Source: Callorhinchus milii (lineage: Eukaryota). From it: a DNA stretch of 64,000 nucleotides. The stretch covers positions 100,318,001 to 100,382,000 of the forward strand of contig NW_024704742.1 of NCBI RefSeq assembly GCF_018977255.1. Direction: 5' to 3'. The translations under genes were made by a program, and so were the position numbers. The notes beneath the pieces are model-generated. The model did no database searches. It was not told where the DNA came from and saw only the letters and a list, made by a program, of their open reading frames with translations. Numbering within the stretch: the first letter of the stretch is position 1; every line of letters starts with the position of its first letter. This document shows, in pieces, positions 62,869 through 64,000 of this stretch.

Positions 62869-64000
62869 CCTGGATGGACACGACAGTATGCAGAGAAAGG
62901 AAATTGCCCATTGTCAATGTGCTCCTTTTAATTACTACAAAATTGTGATCCAGTATCCCCAACATGACCTGTTTATAGTTCTGTCAGTGTTAACTAGGTT
63001 TATTGTTAAACCTTTTCTCCTTTCAGCTTTGAAAACAGGATCCCAAGTCCTTTAGTGACGTTTGATTTCCAGGTCAATCAGGTTGGTCTAAACCTCTCGC
63101 TTCGGGGAGTCAAACTGAAAGTAATACAATCCCTAGAAATCTAATGGAATTTGTCTGCTACCAAACTCTGTCTCCATTTTCACTCCATTTTCCGAGCACA
63201 GCAAAATTTGTTACCAGTTTGATTCAGAGTGAAAGGTGGAGCTAGCAATATAGTAAATAAAGTAAGTAGTTCAGGTAAAGCTAAAGGAGCTGAGGCCTGA
63301 ATTATCTCATGATTTTAGCCATAAACATGCTGTTGTAAAATTTATAAGCTAGGAGAATTTGGGGGAATACAATCCAAATTTCTGTACCATTTTAATATTT
63401 TAACACAGTAGTCTTACAGCTTGTACCGTGAGAAACACTGGGCTTCTCTGAGGAGAACAGTGGCTAGATGGAAACTTAACTAAAACAATGAGCACTTATT
63501 GGGGAAAGAGAAATGGGAGAGAGTTAAAGTGCCCTGAAAGGCATTAAACATCGCTGACAGCTTAAACTGCTATAACCTTCTGCTGGCGATGTCCTGGACT
63601 GGATGGGAAAACAGCCCATTCATCTTCAAAACCATTCTGTGGTGGAGTAGATCTTGCTAAATAAAAAAACACCATCCCTGATACATCAAACAAACCTGTT
63701 CAATGAAAGTACCCAAGAGCATTGTTTCACATAAAGATTTCTGGTGTATTCATTAGTGCACATGTGCAGTCCTTTCCCCTCTCAGGAGTTTCTGAAGTGC
63801 TGATGACACATTAGTATAACCTGAGTGTTTATTTGAAAACTGATTAGATTCGGAAAGGCTGTTGTTTCGAACCGCTCTCCTCAATCAGGAGATGTTGCAA
63901 TGTTGCAATCTGACTTGATTCTATTTTAATAATAGTGTTTCTGAAGCAAATGAATCGGCTCTGATCAAAAGACACGATACCAGAGGCAGCCTGGTGTAGA

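Overview
Vertebrate nuclear DNA, AT-rich and repeat-dense. The repeat complement (tRNA-Ala-headed Deu-type SINEs with L2 tails, CR1, L2, a Penelope-type end) points to a cartilaginous fish, probably a holocephalan; this is inferred and unverified. The + strand carries the last eight coding exons of CEP120 (970-17510). The - strand carries the terminal coding exon of PRDM6 (56539-56653), so the genes converge, the same tail-to-tail order as in mammals. About 39 kb lies between the two stop codons. Introns and intergenic DNA hold many L2/CR1 fragments, young and old SINEs and several DNA-transposon derivatives. Most ORF-track entries are repeat-derived or spurious. The most notable signals are: (i) a minimal hammerhead-ribozyme motif (43909-43943) in a Penelope-like fragment that, together with a full SINE, lies between a 13-bp direct repeat; (ii) a young, internally deleted CR1 joining 5' sequence, an ORF1 esterase fragment and the RT half of ORF2; (iii) a three-copy fold-back repeat family I cannot name; (iv) SINE/L2 tail covariation; (v) an inverted duplication at an L2 5' junction; (vi) a strong CTCF motif just past CEP120. 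I found no clearly new protein-coding system. All coordinates were read by eye, and repeat boundaries are approximate.
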